64,000 nucleotides of DNA, from the NCBI GenBank assembly GCA_964187785.1, contig OZ076409.1, positions 32,180,001 through 32,244,000 of the forward strand. The letters are read 5' to 3'. A program made the translations under genes and the position numbers. The DNA is from Amphiscolops sp. MND2022. Its lineage: Eukaryota. The notes under the pieces are model-generated. The model made no database searches and was not told the origin of the DNA. It saw nothing but the letters and a program-made list of their open reading frames with translations. Numbering within the stretch: the stretch's first letter is position 1; each line of letters begins with the position of its first letter. Shown one piece after another: positions 9,201 through 21,659 of the stretch.

Positions 9201-12200
9201 CAATAAATTTAGTGTAAAAATTGAGTGCGCCAATGAAACTCATGAGGGCAACTTTGCCAGTTGGAGAAGGGATTTTATGAATAGCTGCAATTTTTGAATG
9301 AATTGGTTTAATTTTATTGTAACCAATTTCATGTCCAAGGAATTTGACTTTGAGGAGCATGAAAAAGGATTTTTCAGGGGCTAGTTTAAGATTATTTTTT
9401 GTACTGATAATGTGTAATTGTTCTATGAGTTGAAACATATGTTCTTTAGAGTCGGATAAAAGTAATATATCGTCAATGTAGACAAGAGCGAAACCTTGTT
9501 CTATAAGAGTTTTAAAGAAAGTAGACATTTGTTTTGTAAAGAAATTTGGTAGTCCTTTGAGACCATAAAAGCCTCGTATGAAAGCGAAAAGTTTGTCTCC
9601 TGAAGAGAAGCTAGTAAGTTTTATAGTATCTTCGTCAAGAGGTGTATGCGCATAGGCATACATAAGGTCAATAGCAGATTTGTACTTTTTGTTTGCGCGT
9701 GCTAGTTGTGGAGCAAGAGGTTCAATAGGCCAAGATTCATCAGATTGTTCTGTATTGGAATTAAGATGTCGAGCGTCTAATACACATTCTATTGTATCTC
9801 CCTTGGGGATTATAATAAGAGGATTTAAATAAGTTGTGCCATAAACAGGTTTGTCTTGAGGAGAAGAACCAATTTGTTCAATAATGTTATATTTTTCAAG
9901 TTCTTTGAGAAGTGCATTTAATTTGTCTCGATAATGAATAGGGACTTTGGAAGGACGTTGTGTCATAAGTTGAGAATTTGGTTTAAGTCGGATACGAAAG
10001 GGTGTTGAAATGTTTCCAACATCGTTTTTGTGAGTTGCATAACATGTTTTATATTTGAGGAGCATATTGCAAAGAGTAATGTATTCTGAATCTGTAAGGT
10101 CGGAAAATTGAAAGTTAAATTTGTTAATAAATTTCAGATTTTCAGAAGTATATGGAAGAGAAGGGAAAATGCGTTTTTCTGATGTATGAGAAGTAGGTTG
10201 AACGTTGTATAGGGAAGAAGTTTGGTGTGGAATGTTGTCATTTGTCATATAAATTTGATGTAAGGAGAATTGTGGAGGAGGGGTTGTAGGATCATCATAT
10301 TGTACAATATAATTGGTTTGTGGAAGTGGTTCGGTAATATCAGGATGATAAGTATGAGTAACATTATGTATTAAAGTATTAATGTCGTTAACTTGGAAGA
10401 ATTTAGGTCTTTCATTAGTAATTGGAACTTCGATGTAGCCAATATGTCCTGTAGGTAGCGTTGCAATATGTTTTGAAGTGTTTTGAATAATAGTTGCACA
10501 TATGTCTGGCTTGTCGTCTGTAAAAACTTCAATAAAATTGAAAGTTGTACGGAATTTGGTAGCAAAATAAGTATGAGGTACTGAAGGAAAAAAGTGGTTT
10601 TGTGGTGTAGTTGTAAAATGAAGATTATGATAATTTTTGATCGGAAAGTGTGCAATTTTTGAAGATTTGGGTTTTAAACGTATTTGAGTTTTTGAGTTGA
10701 TTCTATAAATGTACGAGAAGTATGGATAATCTTTAGATAGAAGTGTTGTAAATTTTGCATAATTTGGGTGTGTTTTTGATTGGTATTTAAATTCGAGTGT
10801 AAAGTCTTGTATGTTTATGTTTTGTATATTGTCTTCGAAGAATGGTGTACCAAGGATATTGTATTTAATATCAGCTACTGCGAAGGGTACTGAAAAGTAT
10901 CGAGAGTTTTCGTCAATAGTGGTGTTCAGAATGATATTTGCATAATGTAAAATAGGAACTTCAGTTTGGTTTGCAACAGTTAGTGTTTTGGAATTTCTAG
11001 TTGGTCCAACATCAGAGGTGTGATTTGGTCTGATATCGAGAAGTTTTGTAAGAGTTATGTATGTTGGGTAATTGAGTACAGAAATGGAAGCACCGCTATC
11101 TAGGAGGAATGCAATTTCTAGTCTAGATGGGTTGTCTCTTTGTACTATACTTGATGGGGTGTGTACATATAGAGTATAAAACCAACTTGTAGGCGTGACA
11201 GCATTTGCCATTGCTGTTGGGTGATACATGTGTACTTCAAATTTGATAGGATCAGTTTGTTCCTGTTGTTGTATTATATTGATTTTATTTCTGGAATTGG
11301 AATGTGATCTGGAGCTAGAAAATCGAGAGTTTCGTGGTCTAGAAGGTGGTCTATATGAATTGGTGTATTTGTTAAATTTGTCATCTCTTGAATAAGAGCG
11401 TGATCTGTATCTAGGACGAGAAGTTTGTCTATATTGAGATCTATAAGGAGATCTGTAAGGAGAACGGTAAGATCGAGAATCACGTTTATATGCGTCATAT
11501 CTTGATCTGGAGTAATGTGGAGGAGTAGTACTTTTATCATAACGAAATCGGTCTCTATCTCGAGATGTAGAACGGTATCGATCTTGTGAATATTTTTGGT
11601 TATAGGAGTTGTCTCGTGAAGTACTTCGACTTCGATATCGATTATCATAGTGTTTTGTTTTGTCATTTGAAGGGGAACGAAAGTCCTGAACGAATGATTT
11701 TTGTGGAGATTTTGATCTAGCATATGCTTCTCGTTTATCTTGATCATCTCGTTGTTTTTTGAAACAAGCAGAAATGGAGTGGTTTGTTCTATGACAGTAT
11801 GAACAATATTTTTTATATGCAGGTTTATTTTTGTTATTTGGGTCTTTGGGTTGTGTATACATAAGTTGTTCTTGAGATGAGTGATCTAAGGTTTGAGTGT
11901 TCAATTGTTTTGTAATATTGTTTATTTCAAGTGCAAGATCATGTGTTCTAATTTTGTCGTTTGCAATATCTTCAGCGTCAACAAGTTTTACCAAGGTATG
12001 AAAAGGAATCGAAGGTTCTAGAACAGTAGAGGTGTGTTTTACTTGTCTTTTGTTTGCAAAATCTTTAAGATTCTTTGGAAGTCCTTTTGTGAAGATTTCA
12101 TTACATTTAAGGTTAATAGTGGATGCATTCTCATTGCACCAGCCTTTTTCAACCAGTTGTTGAACTTTGAGTGCAAAATGACGTACTGTTTCATTATCTT

Positions 12201-14415
12201 TCTTTGTTAAGTTAAGGGCTTCAACTTGAGCATAATAAGCGTTCTTTTGTGAAGAAAATTGTTTTTTGAAAGCTTGTACAAAAGCGTGCCAATCATGTTT
12301 ATAAGTGTCGTTTAAACGGATGTACCAGCTTAGTGCTGTACCTGTTAAAGAGCATTGTATGAAAGCCATGCGGCGAGCGTGCCAAAATTTATATTCATGT
12401 TCTGAGGTAGGTTGTAAACCTAAAGAGAATGTAACACGTGCCTCAATATGTTGTAAATTTTCTTCAGGTGTATAGTTGTGATCGAGTCCATCAAAAGGTT
12501 TAATAGGTTCTGATATAGAAGTAGAAGAGTTAATATATGTTGGATGTGACATAGTGTTATGAGACATAGTAGATGGAGGTGTTGTATTATACGTAGGATG
12601 GTTTGAAATATTAGTTGAAGATATAGTTGAAGTATTAGGAAAGTGAGGGTTAGTTCTAATTGTTGTTGAAGGAGGATTTGATATTTGAAAGTGAGAGGTT
12701 TGTAATGTAGGAGGGATTGTATTGGATGTATGCTGGGAAGAAAGAGTGTTTAATTGGTTGTGTGTGTTATAATTTATTTGAGATTGTTGGGTATGACTTG
12801 GATTGGTACTGGTAAGATTGTATGATAATGGGTCAGTTAATATAGGTTGTAATGGAGGTCGAGACAGATGTCTGGCTGTAGTATAGTTAGAGGGCGGGTT
12901 AGAATGAATTGTGTTAATATTTAAAGTAGGTTGTGTAGTTTGTACTGGGTTAGTTTGAGCTGGAGTATAAGTAGAAGTTTGTATTTCAGAAGATGAAGGT
13001 GGAGTTGGTGTCTGGAAAAGTACTGTATTATTGTTCTGTGTAATAGGGTGTGTATTTGATGAGCTTGGTTGAGGAGAGACATGAGTATTTATTTGAGCTG
13101 AGAATTGAGGAGGAATAGAAGGTGGATCATAATTTCGAGGAGATAGTATTTGTGTTTGAGAGGGTTGTGTAATATTAGTATTATATTGGGACAAAACAGA
13201 AGTATTGTCGGTGATGACATTTGAAGGGTTGTCTTGATTTTGATTTGTAGTCCTTTGGGTGATATTGTGAGTAGGAATTGCTATAAGATTGGAGTCCTCA
13301 GTTATTGTAAAACTTTGTGGATTTTGTACTGTTTCATCAGAAAGTTCTGATGTATTGGGAAGTGTAGGTATTTCAGACGGGTTTGGTTGTCGCGTATCAG
13401 AGATTTGTGATTGTGGTGGCTGTGGTGATTGTTCTTGAGGAGAATCAGGATTGTGAAAAAGATGAACAAGTGTTTCTTGTGTTATAGATTCTTGTTCTGA
13501 TTGTTCTGATTGTTGTCTTATATATGGAGGTTCAACATTAAAAGTTCGTGTTTGAAGAGTTGGTTGATGTAAAGTATCAGATGTAATATCAGGTCTACTG
13601 TCTGACGTTTCAGAATGTTCAAGTACAAAGTTGTGATCTAGGTTTATTTGTTCAAAATGTGTAGCATTTAATGAAGTAAGATCTATGTAATGTAAATGTT
13701 TGTTTTTATTGTCTATAATGTATGGTAAGAGTTCTATATCTGTTAATGCTTTTGGGAAGTTAGTATAAGCGTTTTGGTCTTTTTGTTCCCAAAGTAATTG
13801 GTAGTTAAATCTAAAGAATTTTAATAAGAAATGTGTAAAAATTTTGACTTGAGGTATAGTGTCATCTGTAAGGGTGATTTTTGTAAAGAATTTAAACTCG
13901 AAATTCTTTACTTGTAATATATCTCGTTGTAGCCAATAATGAGGGTTACCATGTCTTTGAACTTTTGTGTCAAGATCAGGGACCTCGAAATATTCAGATA
14001 AGTGTTTGAGTTCTTGTAAATGAGAAGGACGATAAGGTGGTATGTCTTGGTGTTCATTGAATTCAATGAGTTTTTGTATTTATGTGCGAAAAACATCTTG
14101 TATAGAAAGTGTAATATTCTGTGGGTGTATAGTTCTATAAAACGTTCCAGAGTTTATTCCTTTAACAGGGTTAAAAATAACTTGGAAAGGAGTTTGTGAA
14201 GGTGTTATGTCAAGTGTTTTATATTGGATATAATATAAGTAGGAATCACAATGTTCTCGTATTAATGGAATAGTGTGTAATATATGGGGTTCTGTTTCAA
14301 ATGGAAGTGGGTTAGTGTACTGAAAGATAATATTTTGGAGAAAAGGTGTTACATATTGTATAAGAGATCGATTTTGTCTTTTATCATTAGAGACTGTAAA
14401 GGGAGTGGGGAGCAT
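6220..14415 (-). CDS. gag-pol: Gag-Pol polyprotein frame (~2731 codons) interrupted by two in-frame TAA codons (14080-14082, 7819-7821)
   Basis: ORFs 14080..14415, 7819..13194 and 6220..7740 share one frame and the gaps between them are stop-free. Motifs: CSYCHRTNHSISAC knuckle; LLDSGAS protease; YIDD RT; RNase H VDAS/RELLG/FTDHKPL/VADMLSR; integrase HEHSH..CIEC, MDTKGP/TDRG/GLVE and GPY. Confidence 0.93.
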
Positions 14416-14424
14416 TATATGATA

Positions 14425-14664
14425 TTAGATTTGATTAGTACAATAGGATTGCCATAAAGGATAGATGTATCGGAAAAGAAGATATTTTGTATTAAATTGT
14501 GAATTATATGGTAAAATTTGATCTATGAAAATAACTTGTAGGAAAATAGTAAGTACAATACTTATGAAAAGAAGAAGTGGGTTTTGTATATATTGAATAA
14601 GTTTTTTGAAAGTGTGGTATATATTAAGTAGTCCAAAAAGAGGTAGTATTATACTTGTTAACAT
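14425..14664 (-). CDS. Possible upstream small hydrophobic ORF (79 aa)
   Basis: ATG start; stop 9 nt before the gag ATG; hydrophobic segment LLLFISIVLTIFLQVIFI. Confidence 0.35.
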   Translation of the reverse strand: MLTSIILPLFGLLNIYHTFKKLIQYIQNPLLLFISIVLTIFLQVIFIDQILPYNSQFNTKYLLFRYIYPLWQSYCTNQI

Positions 14665-15128
14665 AGAAGGAAAAGGTTGTACTTTAAAATTTTGGTATGA
14701 ATGAAATTAAAAATTTGTCTAAAAAAAGTGCAAGACCGGCAACGATAGCAACAAAGAACCAAAAGCAGACAATGAGTTTGACTACAATGTCTACTGAAGG
14801 CGGCATGTACAATAAAGTTCTATAAAAGTGTGTCAAAAAGTTATACAAAATTTTTGTTGTATATAGGTGTATGAAAAATGAAAGTAATGTAAAGAGAGGT
14901 GTGATATATGTGTTATATATCTGAATTGTTATATATTTGGATCCGTAAGAGAGTTTTAAAGAAGTTTTGTATGTAGTTTGTAGTATAGAAGAGAGAATAA
15001 GAAAAGTATTATAATGATGTTATGGAAAAAGATGTGTTATATAGGTGTGCCAACTTTAAAGTTGATCCAAGCGGCTAGAACCAAAGAGATTTTTACTAGC
15101 AGGAATCGCTGGATAGCACTGTAGAAGG

Positions 15129-15310
15129 GCCAACACGTATCGCACGTCTGCGGTTGGAACGAAAGAAAGAGAGAAGAAGAAAGCCAACACGAATTCACTC
15201 AGAGGTGGTTGGAACGAAAAAGTTAACTGACAGGAATTACGTGAAGAAACGTAGTCAGAACCAAAAAGTATGACTGACAGGAATTACGGTGATGAACGCA
15301 GTCAGAACCA
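15129..15310 (-). repeat. Two pairs of duplicated hairpin-forming motifs in the 5' leader
   Basis: gccaacacg...ggttggaacgaaa occurs twice (stem ccaac/gttgg); actgacaggaattacg...agtcagaacca occurs twice (stem ctgac/gtcag). Confidence 0.6.
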
Positions 15311-15487
15311 TAGCAACACGGATCAATTTCAAGTAGAAATTGGTTGCAACGTTGAAGTTAATAACGGTATGCAATGTTGAGAGGTGGAGAGACTGTGTGT
15401 CGAACAAAGAGATATCGAATGAGAAAGTTGAGGAAAGGTGTACAACGATTGTAGATGTGTGAAATAAATGGGAGAGAAAGAAGAATT

Positions 15488-15502
15488 TTCGTGGTCGCAC
15501 CA
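15488..15502 (-). promoter_or_regulatory. Putative primer binding site (tRNA-Arg-like)
   Basis: TGGTGCGACCACGAA, 2 nt after the ...AACAGCTCA end. Resembles the complement of animal tRNA-Arg(UCG) 3' ends (TGGCGACCACGAA) with 2 extra nt. Confidence 0.55.
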
Positions 15503-15504
15503 AT

Positions 15505-15983
15505 TGAGCTGTTAAAAAGTTTGGTGGTTGTTTCTTTTATACAAGTTAGAACTGACATAAGAAGTCTAAGATTTTAACAGCGGAGTCGTCTTATCTTTTA
15601 TCTTATAGCTAGCTAGTTCAGAGTACGATCTATTTCTGAGATCTCAGTTCTTGAAGTGTTGGAAGAAGACTGATTGCTAGGAAGATTTCTCAATTTCTCC
15701 AAGTAGATATATTCTATTAACTAGGGTAGGTTACATCAATTAATAATGTGACAGCAACAGGATAAAGCAGGGAAGTTTGATACAGGATCTATTAAATGAA
15801 GTTTCTTCTAGAATAATTGGTTTCTAGATTCAATTAGATTTACTAATTTCTTCGGTTAAGAGTTCAGAGTATTTCAGATTTATAAAATCTTTGAGGACAT
15901 GCATCATGGCATCACAGAGGTGATAAGAACTCTGACTCATACAGGTATAAGAAAGTTTCTTCAGAATGAGATATTGTTCTACA
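15505..15983 (-). repeat. Putative 5' LTR (~480 bp; outer end uncertain, 15983 or 15987)
   Basis: Minus strand reads TGTAGAAC...CAGCTCA directly before the PBS, and the strand skew ends here. The partner LTR is not in the window. Confidence 0.5.
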
Positions 15984-18900
15984 TACAAAACTACAAAGTT
16001 TTCATTCACAAAGCATGCTGCATAGCTTCAATAATCGTCTGTAGCTTTACGACCGTCTATTTCAAAAAAAAGTTCCCAAACAATAACTAAAATTGTCAAA
16101 GGTCGGATCATTGCGGTTTTTTTGCTTTTTTCGGGTCATCTTGAGACTTTTTCCAAATACGAATTAGCAAGAACCTCCCACGAATCCAACTTGATATCAA
16201 CTGCAATCGTTGTTGAACTATTCAATTTTTCTAACCTTCAAAACGTATCAAACTTTTCACAGACTTTGCACGAACAAAGGGTAATACTTTCCATTTTCTA
16301 CTTTCCGACCTGTTTCGGTCGTTTTGAAGTGTTTCTGATTTTAAAAACTCAACTTTCTCATCAAAAAATACTACAAACCTTTTTTTGGCGTTTGGTTGTT
16401 CTGAACCCTCTAGCTCCCAAAAGCTCTCGGAAAAACTATCAAAGAAAATGAAGAGCTAGATAAACTGGAAACTTTTGGTTAGTTTTGGTTCAAATTAAAG
16501 CAAATTTTGAAAAAGCCTATCGAATATTAAATTTAGCTGTTTTTGAACAGATTCAGGGTTTAAATTTTGACAAAACCACAAAAAACTGCGTTAATATTTG
16601 AAAACTTGTGAAAAAATCAACATTTTTTGACTAAATTTTGGGGTCATTGTGGATTTTGGGGTCATTTTTTCCCTACAGAACTACATTTTTCTCAATTTGC
16701 TAATGAAATTTTTCTCAATTTCAGTGTGAACTTGATGCCTCAAATTGTTTCCTTGTTGTTTTTAACATTATAAGTCAGCAATGATATCTAAATTTTGACA
16801 CAAACTGCAGAAAGACTTCGAAAGTCTGAAATTTTTGTCAATTGTGGTCTCAGTTTGAGAAAAAATTTTCATTGAAAACTTGTGTCTGTATTTTCAAAAA
16901 AGCTTCTTGAGTATTAATGAAATCCCGATCTAGTTCAGATAAACAGTTAAAAAGTTAAACGAGAAAAAGTTTTACACAGCCAAAGTTGTTGAAAAATTTT
17001 TTTCAAAACCACACCATGTGCGTCCGAGTGGTAGCATAAGTGTTCGACAAAATAACCGTCACGCAAATTTTCAATGATGGCTTAGATGGAAAATATTTTT
17101 TCAGTACCTGTATGTAAACAATATTTCAATACGATTTTTCTCTCTGGTGTATTCATGGACGTACAATTATCCTTGGATAATCGTGAGCATGAATTTTTTC
17201 CTGGATATTCCTGGGCGTACAAGTATTCCTTGGTCTTTCTGAGCGTACAATTATTCCTGAATCGGAAGAAAAAAGGAAAAGCATCAAATTTTTGTTTTGT
17301 TCGTTCATTCAATTCTTCATACTTTTCATGCAGTTTATAGAATTAACGGTGCACGGTAACTAGTATTGTGTTTAGGTTTTTCATTCAGTTGTGCACCATA
17401 TGTTTCTGCTCCGGTGACGCTTAGGATTAGTTGGCAATTGACAATCGCTCAATAGATACAATAGTATCTAGAAATACCATATAAAATAAAAACCAGAACA
17501 AGCAGCAATCAGTAGCAAAAAGTTGAGAATCCAAAATGCAGATACTATAGTATCCAAAAAAACACATATGATAGAAACTAAGTTGAGAATGCGAAATCTT
17601 TCCGGAGGTACTGAAAAATATAAAAATACGATATATGGCAGAACCAGACACGTCAGTAGCAATAAATATGGAAAGGTATTTTCGTATTTAGGAAGTTAAA
17701 ATGAGTTGTGATCACTGGATTCTATAACAAATAAGGTTTTTCCATACGTTGATGACAAGAAAAAGAAAAAAGTGTTAGACATCTTCGCAAAATAAAAACA
17801 CAAGTATTTGCTTACTCCAAATGTTGATGATAGTGTTACCATGGAAGTTGATGATTTAAAAGAAACTGATGAGTCAAAAATGGCAAAAGAAGAAAAAAGA
17901 CGACAAGAAGTTTATAAAGCACTCAAGTAATCACATCAATATACATCACCTGAAAACTCGTCCACTGTAGCTATGACTCAATGCAATTCCTTCTCCGATT
18001 TATTCGTAGCAATAAAAGAAACAAAAAGTCAAGAAACAAGATGTTCTAACATTGTCCTTCGAAAAAGTGGAAACCTTGGTAGGCTTTTCTGGGTGTGGGA
18101 TGTTCCAGGGCATGTGCAAACTTTCGAATAAAAGTGTATGAAGTTGAGCGTAGTTGTCGAAAAATTTGTAAGTCTTCAATGCCACTTCATATCTTACCTT
18201 CAAATTTTAATTCGCTATTCGGCATTGAAGAGAACTTACCAGAGCTCAATAAATTTGAAAATGTAACGCCACGTGAAATTAAAAGTAAAACTTCAATCGG
18301 TCTCCACATGATTAAGAATAGGACTTACCATCTTACCATTGTAGTGAGCGAATGTTAGGCAATTGCTACTAATCGAAGCTGCCTAAGCTATTCAGGCTTA
18401 AGGTGTAGATTTCAGAGTTGTATCTAAAACAGCTGTCGAGAAGCACTCAAAAAGTAACGTTTTCAAATACTTTCCCACGCATGATTTGAATAAAAACATT
18501 CACTTTATTCCAACATCTTCCACACCGTTGAAAAGATCTTGAAAAGGAGAGGTCAATGAAATTTTTTTCGAGCACGTAGGGTGAAGTTATGATCATCAAA
18601 CAACCCAAAAAAACCGGAAATTATTCCTGAAACTTGGCATGTGAATAAAAGTTTTCAACTCACTTCAACCTAATACATACCGTAGAAAAGTTCGTGAAAA
18701 GGAACAATTAATTGAACCAATTTGAAGAGTGTCAGGTCAATCTAACAACATTTCGAAGCAAAAAAAAACTTAAAAAAACTTCAAAAACCCTGAAATCAAA
18801 AACTTAATATCAAATAATCAATGGTAAACTGAAGTATTATATACCACTAAAATGGTCTTGAAAAGTGCTATCTATCTAGATACATGTTGAAACCCTGGAA

Positions 18901-19689
18901 TTGAATTATACTAACTGAAACTTCAAAAAACCTGATACCCTTCAAAATGTGGATATTATAAAAGTTCAAAATGTTACTCTGTGTGATATAACTTTGGAAA
19001 GGTCTTTAGTTGGAGATCACAGATTTTGAATTTTTTCATGATCGGACACTTCAAGCTGAAACTATACCATCTGAAACCTCAAACCTTGAGCATGTTGAGA
19101 ATATAACAGTTGCAGAAACACTTACATATTACAAAGCGTTGAAACGACCTTGTAATGGAGAATTCAATTAATTTATTTTCAAGACCTTTCGCTCGAACTG
19201 CGAAAAAATAGAACCCAAAAACCCTAGTAAAAACCCAAAAAAAGATTAAAGTAGTGACCTAAAACTGAATCATGATGAATGAATGAAAACAATAAAGTAT
19301 TATATACCGTTGAAAAAGTTGTGGAAAGGGCTATCCACAGATGCTAGTTTTGAACATATCCTGTGAATCAATCACCATCGAAAACCAAAAAACCTAACTC
19401 TGAAACGTATGTCTGAGACGTAACACTGAACTGGATTTACTGTTGAAAATTGTCATATAAAGATAAAATTCCTGAAATAAATAATAGAGTATTGTAGAAA
19501 TTGCAAATCAATAGATAAAAAGTCCTTCAAGTCTGATCATCTAAAATCAGTAAACATTTCTCAATAACAAGGAGAAAACGTAGATCAAAATTATTGTAAA
19601 AAACGTAATTTATAAAAGCATCCACCATATAAAAGCACTCTCATCTAAGTTCGGATGAACATAAAAACAAAAACCAAACAACAACAAGT

Positions 19690-20990
19690 ATTTTGTGAAG
19701 ATTGTGGTAAATATATATCTTATAAAATAAGACAATTCCAAAGTGAAGCTCAACTTCTTTAGAAGTCAAAAGAATTCAGAAATGCCATCATCTCCGAATA
19801 TGATCGTTAATACAAAAACATGACGATCAAATTTTAGAACAACTATTGATCAAAATACTATCGCAGGAACTGTTCGCCAGATTCAAATGTCAAGTAATTT
19901 ATCTAGCTAAGTTTGTTAAAACCATTAATGGAAAAGCAGAAGTTCAATAGATGGACAAAATTTGATATGTTGTACAACACAGTTATGGTTATTATTCATA
20001 TAACGGAAACAATAGATGATGACCAATTGAAGGGATCAGGTTTCCATTCTCAAGCCATCACAGTCATAATTGCAATTTATACAGTCAATGATGTGCAATG
20101 ATCTTAAAAAAGTGAGTTCCAAAAAAAATTAATATAAAAACAGTCAGCTAATGATAAATATACATAATATTGCTCCTTACTGCTTTTACGGTGTATATTA
20201 GCTTACAAACATTCAGTTAATGATCGGAAAAAATCGGAAGTCAAAGATATTCCCAAGTTCGAAAAAAATAATAACTTGAATAATTTGCTAACAGTTGAAT
20301 ACAGTGCTAACAAACACCAGCTTACAATAGTAAAAAACACTCAGAAAAACAAAAAGACTTATTATTGGATGAAAACCATTTTTGTCCTTTTACAAAACTT
20401 CACACTCTAACAAATAAAGATTCAGACATGAAACATGCTTGTAGAAGTTGTTGACCAGCATTTAAGTTCGAAGATATCCTTAACAACCACATAGAAAATG
20501 TATAAAACGAAAACCAACCTATATCAGTTTTAGTTCAAAGGATCATCTAACATGTGAAGACAACCACATGAAAGTACCAGTACCAATACGAGTATATGCA
20601 GATTTTGAATGTACTAACCCGCCTCAACTCAAAGTGTTGTTCCAACAAATTTCAATTGCTGCTGGTTTTTATATAATATAACCATTTGGAAATCAATACT
20701 ACTCATACTTTGGACTAGATCGTGTAAAATGGTTTGGGAAAGAAATGTTAACACTAGAAAAACCTGCAAATTAAATTTTAAAACAAATATACCACTACAG
20801 AAAAACTCAAGAAAAATTAAAATTCTAACAAGCTGAAGTGTGTTGGTTGTGTGAAAACTCTTTGGTTTGCAGGAATGATGAAGTTCGTGACCAAGATGAT
20901 CCAACAGGAAATACAGAGAAGCAGTTCATAATAAGTGTAATTTATATTGTAAACAAAACAATGAAGTTTTGTTCCTAAAACTTTTCTGGA
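19690..20990 (+). pseudogene. Decayed N-terminal part of a Polinton-type PolB protein (Zn finger, exonuclease, endonuclease VII-like)
   Basis: Fragments CEDCGK, DQLKGSGF, PVPIRVYADFEC, SYFGLDRVKWF, CWLCE..KVRD..TG..HNKCNL, separated by many stops and frameshifts. Confidence 0.65.
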
Positions 20991-21659
20991 ATTTGTAATA
21001 TTAAGTTTGTATTTCAAAAGTTTAGATTACAGGAGAAAATATTTCTTTTATAAATCATTCAATAATACGCATTTGTTCCTTGCTAATGAATTACATGACT
21101 GAACATCCTGCAATTGGTAATTCGTCGTGGGTTTCCTTCACTGAGTTACATTTTTTTTCAAAGTTTGTAATCTTAGTGAATCATTTTTCAATAAGTTAGT
21201 AATTTTTTCACCAAGAGCTGACTCTTAGTAATCTCGGTGATTAATTCCACTAGGTTAGTTTTTTTACTGAATGACTAACCTTACTGACACTCAATTTACT
21301 TTATTTGAAGTGATCAGTTTGTGGTGAAAAATCTGAAAACTCAATTTTTCGACTATGGTATAAGAAAGATATGTAATGAACTAATAAATCACAATTGACA
21401 TTACAATTCTATTTAAAAAACGGGAGTTTATATATAGTTTTAACAAAGAAAATATATGTGAATATTGTAGTCAGGATTTCAACAGAACATATTTTTGAAA
21501 CAAACAAAAAAACATTCATGCAAATAAAGTTGAAACAATGAAAATTGAGGCAAAGAAGTTTGAGACAAGTAGAATTGAAAAAACTATATAAATCAAAATG
21601 AGATAAATAATACAAATGATTTTGATAAACATAATACAACTTATGTTACAAATAATGCA

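Larger units (their letters stand above)
1..15983 (-). mobile_element. Giant env-bearing Ty3/Gypsy-like LTR retroelement (3' part and 3' LTR outside the window)
   Basis: Colinear minus-strand ORFs in the order gag-PR-RT-RH-IN, then ORF X, env and accessory ORFs. The coding strand is uniformly G-poor from 1 to ~15 kb. PBS-like TGG motif at 15502 next to a TG..CA-bounded LTR candidate. Confidence 0.9.

Noticed and set aside
17082..18400. Cys-containing short ORFs, possibly a decayed DNA transposase
   Set aside because: No diagnostic motif could be identified; too degraded to call.
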